Positions 50,600 through 56,233 of a DNA stretch of 56,233 nucleotides are shown piece by piece. Source of the stretch: Catajapyx aquilonaris (lineage: Eukaryota); NCBI GenBank assembly GCA_000934665.2, contig KZ538650.1, forward strand, positions 1 to 56,233, read 5' to 3'. The position numbers and the translations under genes were made by a program. The notes under the pieces are model-generated. The model worked only from the letters and a program-made list of their open reading frames with translations. It did no database searches and was not told where the DNA came from. Within the stretch, counting starts at the first letter, position 1, and the number at the start of each line of letters is the position of its first letter.

Positions 50600-53350
50600 C
50601 GTCAATTTTAGTTGACACCTTTTTATTTTTGCTGATGTCCAATATATTGGACATCAGGTCTCAGGAGGTTATTCAGAAAATAATTTCCTTCATAATTTGC
50701 ATTCATACAGCCAGTCCTTAAACCCCAGTTTCAATACACTACATTTCAGTTTGAACTCCTGTAAGTAAGCAAGCACTTCAAGAGAGTTGAATGAGGTGAA
50801 ATCATGGATTGTTCACTTCAGCAACCAGTGAATAAGTGAAAGTGGCCTTGATGTTACTTTTTTAATGCCACAATTTAAATTAGGTTCTGTTGGCAATCCA
50901 CCATTTCTTCCCCTTACCACCACTTGGAGAAAATCTGGGCATGCACCACCCAGTATACATACCAAAAAATTGAACTTTCCAGTTAAAATTAAAAGCCCTT
51001 ACTTGTGAAGGTTGAACATGGCTGGCAGGAGGTGGTAGCACTCGTTGAATCAATGGCATGGATGGCGGAGGTGGAACCTGTTCTTGCAAAAACACCTGTG
51101 CACTCTGCAAGGCAGAACTCAGGGGGATATGTTGGGGCAAGTTGAGTAGTGGTTTACTACGCAATTTTGGTGTTTTGGCAGCTCGACGCTTGCGCTTGGG
51201 CTCACGGTGCTGCATTCCATCAGAAGGAGCATTCCTTTTAACAGGTTTCAAAACCTGCCTGTGACTAGTAGCAGGAATGCTACAAATCTCAATAACTGAA
51301 TCATTCAAGTCTGTGGAACTGGTGCCTGAACTGGAAGAAATTTTCAGAGCTTTCTTGAAGCACTCCACTGCTGCTTTCACATTATCGTTGCACTTTGCTG
51401 GTTCTCCTGCCTTCGTCTCTCCCACAAACTGTACCTCTTCCTCGTCCTCGGAGTCCACTACCACAATGACTGATAACTCATCACCTGTATTTTTCACTAA
51501 AACATTATATCAATATACAATGTATTGAGCTACACGTTGATATTCTGAGCCTTACTCACCGTTATCCATCTTGCTCACTGCTTCAGTTACTTGAGCTGTG
51601 TCACACTTCTTTTCATTATTGGTTCCACGTGATGACGATAAGGTATTGCTTGATGTACTTTCTTTGTCATTAGGTTGCTTAATTTGTGTGGATAATTCCT
51701 TCTCATCTCTATTATGGGATTGCTTTTGGGCAGGTTCAGAAACAGGAATGACCCAATCAAGCTCATCATCTGTGTCATACTCCTCTTCACTGCCAATTTC
51801 TTGTGAAAATGACAAGGTGCTTGTTGGTGCACTTGAATTGCCATTAGATTGCTTAATTTGCATGGAAAATCCACTTATATCTCTATCGTGTTGTGATTGC
51901 TCTTGGGTAGCTTCAGAAGCCGAAACACCCAAATGAGGGGAATCTACTATCCACACAGACATCTTGCATTTGGACCCCTTCATAACTTCCATATTTGACT
52001 CCTCTGGTATCCTGCAATTCGAAAACCAAGTTATGCCCCTTCTTGTGTTTCAGCTGCAGGCAGCAAATATAACCTGTAAGAAATAGCTCATTACATAAGA
52101 TTGGATTTCCAATCCCATGTTACTTTGCACTGCAATTAGGCCACATTTACATATTAGCGATTTGATCAGCAATGAGCAACGCTGAGCAATGAAACCAATT
52201 GTTTGGAGATAAACGCAATTGTTACTTCCACCCTAAACCAGTGTTTCCCAATCTTTTTTGATGGCGACCCCAGAAACTAGTCTCGTAAAATTCGCGACCC
52301 CCACTTTCAATTCAACCCAACCCCTCTCAGTGGCAGTCAATGACAATAATCGTTAAATTAATACACCTTCTCATGTACGGGCATATTTTTCCACGAAATA
52401 GAATAATTTTGTGAGAATAATTGGTTACCTTGCCTTGTGACACACAGTTTGGGAAGCACTGTGCTAAACAGTTGGTTTTGTGACTGATCAAATCGTTCAT
52501 ATGTAACTGCAGCCTTACAGCGTTTGTTTTCACTCTGGTTTTTTTCTTCTTCACTGCTACAGAACAGTGTATGTACAGTGTTGGACATAAATCGAGGCAT
52601 ACTGCTAGCGACATTTTCCAAAGCGGCAGAGGAAGGAATCTTGCTCACTCGGCTTGCAGTATCCTTACCTTCGATTCCTTCTTCCGCTGATTCAGAAATG
52701 TCGCTAGCAACCAGTGCCCCGAATGCCTCGGATTAATGTCCAACACTGTACCAGAAAGAAATCCAGCTACCTGTGAAATAAATCATGTTCATGCCTTTCA
52801 TTAACCTACACCACGCAGTACTCAGGTGAAGGTGAATGGAGTGGAGTAATATGTGATAGATTACTAGCTCCAGTCATAAATGCGCATTCCTACTGGTCTA
52901 CCCCAACCAGTATACAAAAGTGGAGTGCACGTGCATAACTGAAGTTAGTGACAAACAGTTTACCTTGATCTATTGTTAAAGGTGTCACACAGTATCCCAT
53001 ACATGGAAGGGTAATATGTCCACAAAAAATTCAAAAGTGAGGGTTGCAATTTTGATTACCCACCAGAATTGGAAAATATTAGCACTACACCTGTTGATGT
53101 TCACACATACAACCTTTGTACACGAGTCAGTGTCTTCCAGACGTTTCCTCCCACCTATATCAGTGGAAATTTCGCAGACACTCTCCTCTTCACTTACCTT
53201 TGACACCTTTGGCATAGAAGCACACACCCTTGAAAAACCCATTAAATGAGCTTTCAAACAATACAGTGGTGCCTTGTACTTCGAACATAATTCGTTCCAG
53301 GAGGCCCTTCGAACTCTGAATTGTTTGAAGTCCGAATCAATTTTCCCCAT
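48827..53350 (-). CDS. Zc3h12a/Regnase-type NYN (PIN) ribonuclease, N4BP1/KHNYN-like, with a long low-complexity N-terminus
   Basis: Well-supported exons (minus): 52011-51560, 51484-51003, 49915-49782, 49713-49483, 49034-48827. Tentative: 53350-53091 and a 39-nt exon 50237-50199. Motifs LRPIVIDGSNVAMSHG, VDYFWTRGHEV, LVYTP, CYDDR, ISRDKFRD, FMWVND..LFPQDPLGKGGPSL. The 5' end is uncertain. Confidence 0.85.
50519..50668. repeat. Nested palindrome: inverted arms each carrying a perfect 26-bp palindrome, around an A42 tract
   Basis: CCTCCTGAGAC-CTGATGTCCAATATATTGGACATCAG-CAAAAA ... TTTTTG-CTGATGTCCAATATATTGGACATCAG-GTCTCAGGAGG. Confidence 0.9.
52139..52514. mobile_element. Harbinger-like MITE (related to 29637-29824) interrupted by a hAT MITE
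   Basis: TTA|GGCCACATTTACATATTAGCGATTTGATCAG ... CTGATCAAATCGTTCATATGTAACTGCAGCC|TTA. Confidence 0.7.
52239..52461. mobile_element. hAT (Charlie/Buster-like) MITE
   Basis: CAGTGTTTCCCAA ... TTGGGAAGCACTG termini; 8-bp flanks CCCTAAAC / TGCTAAAC (6 of 8 match). Confidence 0.75.
52576..52748. mobile_element. Tc1/mariner-like fold-back MITE
   Basis: TA|CAGTGTTGGACA ... TGTCCAACACTG|TA with long imperfect inverted arms. Confidence 0.75.
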
Positions 53351-54896
53351 AAGAAACAATGGAGAGTGAATTAATCCGTTCCCAGAACCTCAACAATACC
53401 CATTTTGATAAACATAAAAAGGAAATACACATAATTTAAGGACAACATTACACAATTAAATGCCTCGAATGATAAATTAAAACATGAAAGCAACAAATAA
53501 AGTACATAAACACAGTACAATAAAATGAAAATCACATTTTTACTGTACAAGGGAGGAGTGGTGATGGCCCGTGTGGCTGGCGTAGATGAAGATAAAGATT
53601 ACTGCTTGGAAGAGGAGAGGAGTATTATAAGTTATAACCAAATACATAAAAAATAAAGCAATAGAAGCACTGAAAACACATGGGCCTAATCCAAGAGATG
53701 CTTTCAAAGTGACATCGAGAGACTACTTGGATGCAAAACAGATGGCATTTAGGCAGCGAGAGCTGCGTACACAGTTCGAACTTAGAAGCATCATTCAAAC
53801 TCCAGGTCGAATTACTCTCAAATTTTGTGCTTCGAACTCTCGAACATTCTATGTTAGGGGCATTCGAAGTACAAGGTTCCACTGTACATGTAACTCACAA
53901 ACCCATTTAACAGGTTATCCCATGATAACAGGACAGCCTTTTATGGTATCCTCTGCTAATAAAGAAGCTGAAATAAATTTCCACCACAAAATCATTACAA
54001 AAACAATACGCACTAAATTCAGAAACATATGCTAGCCTACATCATGAAGCTATGATGATCAAATGGCTGTATGTGTCCTCTACTGACTAACACTAATCCA
54101 TCTATATATTATCTCTATAACAACATGCATCCCCAAGCAACATGGCAACCAGTGATTACATTTTTTACACCTTCCCTTGCAGAGTGAGTGAAAATGCTCA
54201 CTTATTAAATTGGTTGAAAGTTATAATGGGTTTCACATAGACCCATCTTCTCAAGTGATGCAAGACTATCTTGTTCGGCAACATAACCACGGCAGACACT
54301 TATGACTTCTGATTCTCCAACTTCCCTTTCTTTGGCATCTCAGAACACAAGGAGAGTAACTGGCAGAACATCAATCACTTTTGAATCCTTGAAACTGGAG
54401 GTTTGCCCATTATCCATGGTGACGAACATGAACCGTGACGACCATCACCTTCCTAACTTCCACCTTTCATAAGGATGCAATTATAAAAAATGCCAAGAAT
54501 CTGGCTAGCATCAGCTACACCGATCTGATTATTATCTGAGTTTCAAAAATTATTGATAGAAAGCCACACTTTTGCACTTAGATTTCAATTAAGACACTGA
54601 GCTGAACACAGCTAGCCCCATGAAAAAAAGCTTTGCAGCAGCATAATTCTGACACCTTCAGGCCAACTTTCAAAGGAGGCAGCAAGATTCAGATTCTCAG
54701 AAATTCCAGCTTTGTACCTTGGATGCAGAGTGTTTATGGACACACACACACACCTTGAAGCACGTGATCTGAGAGCTAGCGACTGTCCTGTTCCTGGCAG
54801 GTGGATGAATCCAGTTCGAATAAGAAGTCAATTATTATTAATTTATTATTTAACTAATGATCATTGTCATCATCACAACATTTTCCCTATAAGAAT

Positions 54897-55080
54897 GGGC
54901 GACACGGTCGCCAAGTGGTTAGCGCCACAGCCTTCCACCTCTAAGGTCCTGGGTTCGATCCCCAGGTCGGACAGAGGATATTTATATGGATAGAGTTTTG
55001 ATGGGTTGTCTGTGTTCGCGTGGGTTTTCTCGGGGTTCTCCCGTTTCCTCCCACAATCAAAATCCATCACAGTGCAGGCA
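54897..55080 (+). mobile_element. tRNA-derived SINE with a V-SINE-like central domain
   Basis: Pol III A-box region (CCAAGTGGTTAGCG) and B box GGTTCGATCCC (54952), followed by GCGTGGGTTTTCTCGGGGTTCTCCCGTTTCCTCCCACA, which resembles the V-domain core. The 3' end is not defined. Confidence 0.75.
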
Positions 55081-55596
55081 ATGATTGAAGTTGGGTATTT
55101 AAAAGATGCCTCATACAGAAAATCTGATCCACACAACTCTTACCTGACAAAAATCCACCCTGGGCATTCCATATTCTCTTACTTTGTGGCCCTCTTGACT
55201 CTTCGCATCAAAACCTTACCGTATACTTTCCCTGATAGACTTAACAAGCTAACTAATGATAGATTCTGATATCAATTATAATCTATGCTATTTACAATGA
55301 AGAATGAACATGTGGCTTTTGATTCCATATCTCATAATCGCAGAGTCATTCATAGATCTGTCAGAAGCCCTTCAAGCACCAGACGAGGCAGTACTTATGG
55401 AAAAGAATGTGGCATTTAGCATACATGTATCTCATACTTGTTTGCACTCAATTCACTGTTTATCCACAAACATCACTTGTCACATGACCAGGAAGGCAAG
55501 AAGACATCATCATTTCCTATCATGCCTTTCATTGGCATAAATACATCACAAGAAGTAGGTTGAAAGTGGTTGAAAGAGAAGCTAACAGTACCAGCT

Positions 55597-56233
55597 GAGC
55601 AATTCCACGTAAAAGTAAACATCTGGGACAAAAATTGAAAATGACTTGTTGGCAATGTGTGATACGTCGTTGGAATCAGAAAGAACCCAAATTTCGGCTT
55701 CTGAAATATATTTTGACATGGAACCTGAACTGGTAAAAGAAATTGCACCTGAATGTGTTACATTGTGAATGCGAAGTTGTGCATGAAATCACATGAACTT
55801 TGACAGGCTTAAATGGGAACTTAAAATAAAAATAAATCCACTTTTCTTTGCACGGGGCTCAAGTCGAGGATGAAATGACCTCGTTCCTTGGTGGAGAAGG
55901 ACAGTCATTCGACATAAATGGTTGATCTTGGCATCAAAAGTGGACTCCGCGCGGTGTGTGGGGTGTAACGAAATAGATAAAAAAGTTTATGGCAATGAGT
56001 GGGTTTTAGGGCAGTGGTGCTAGTTTTCAATATTCATTGACTAGACACCGTGAGCAATGTCTCATGTGAATTGGAAGTCATAGAATGCCACCAATTTCTG
56101 GCAGCATTGATAAGGAAGTTGTTATGGGGTGTAACGTACACCCCTCACGTGGCACGGGTATGGGGTGCAACATATGCTCTATTCCCGTTTAAATGAAGTA
56201 GAGTCGTACATATTGGCACATTATGCTGAAAAT
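55597..56233. mobile_element. Second copy of the GAGCAATTCCA-terminated (Sola2-like) element, truncated by the window end
   Basis: Matches 11927-12564 with about six differences by eye; homology starts at the terminus and the flanking sequence differs. Confidence 0.9.

Noticed and set aside
52358..52736. Extra coding exon of the NYN gene
   Set aside because: It coincides with the mariner-like hairpin and the neighbouring MITEs, and I found no phase-compatible splice pair.
53770..53886. Complete Tigger-like element
   Set aside because: Only one terminus (AAGGTTCCACTG|TA) is visible. Similar weak fragments near 44970 and 45543-45699 were also left unannotated.
54897..54975. Functional tRNA gene
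   Set aside because: The acceptor stem is not convincingly paired and the sequence continues directly into a SINE core domain.

Overview
AT-rich, intron-rich animal genomic DNA, most likely an arthropod (Ttk-type BTB gene, DUF229 tandem pair, TTAGG-type repeat); no prokaryotic features. Eight spliced protein-coding genes were reconstructed by eye from splice sites and reading phase: two tandem DUF229 (alkaline-phosphatase/sulfatase-fold, type II membrane) paralogues (+), CFAP300/C11orf70 (-), a head-to-head BTB-zinc-finger gene (+), PYM1/wibg (+), SF3A1 (+), a GLIS1/3 (lame duck)-type zinc-finger gene (-) and a Zc3h12a/N4BP1-type NYN ribonuclease gene (-). Introns and intergenic DNA hold many non-autonomous DNA transposons (Tc1/mariner-pogo, PIF/Harbinger, hAT, piggyBac, Chapaev3-like, Sola2-like) and a tRNA-derived V-SINE-like element. 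The most notable observations are two intact, phase-matched duplicate membrane-anchor exons feeding one DUF229 body, patchy conversion-like identity between the DUF229 paralogues, a U12-type intron in SF3A1, an X-box plus forkhead motif pair in the CFAP300/BTB shared promoter, and an NYN RNase with SUMO-interacting-like motifs but no CCCH finger. All family assignments come from motif recognition, not database searches, and exon boundaries are manual predictions.
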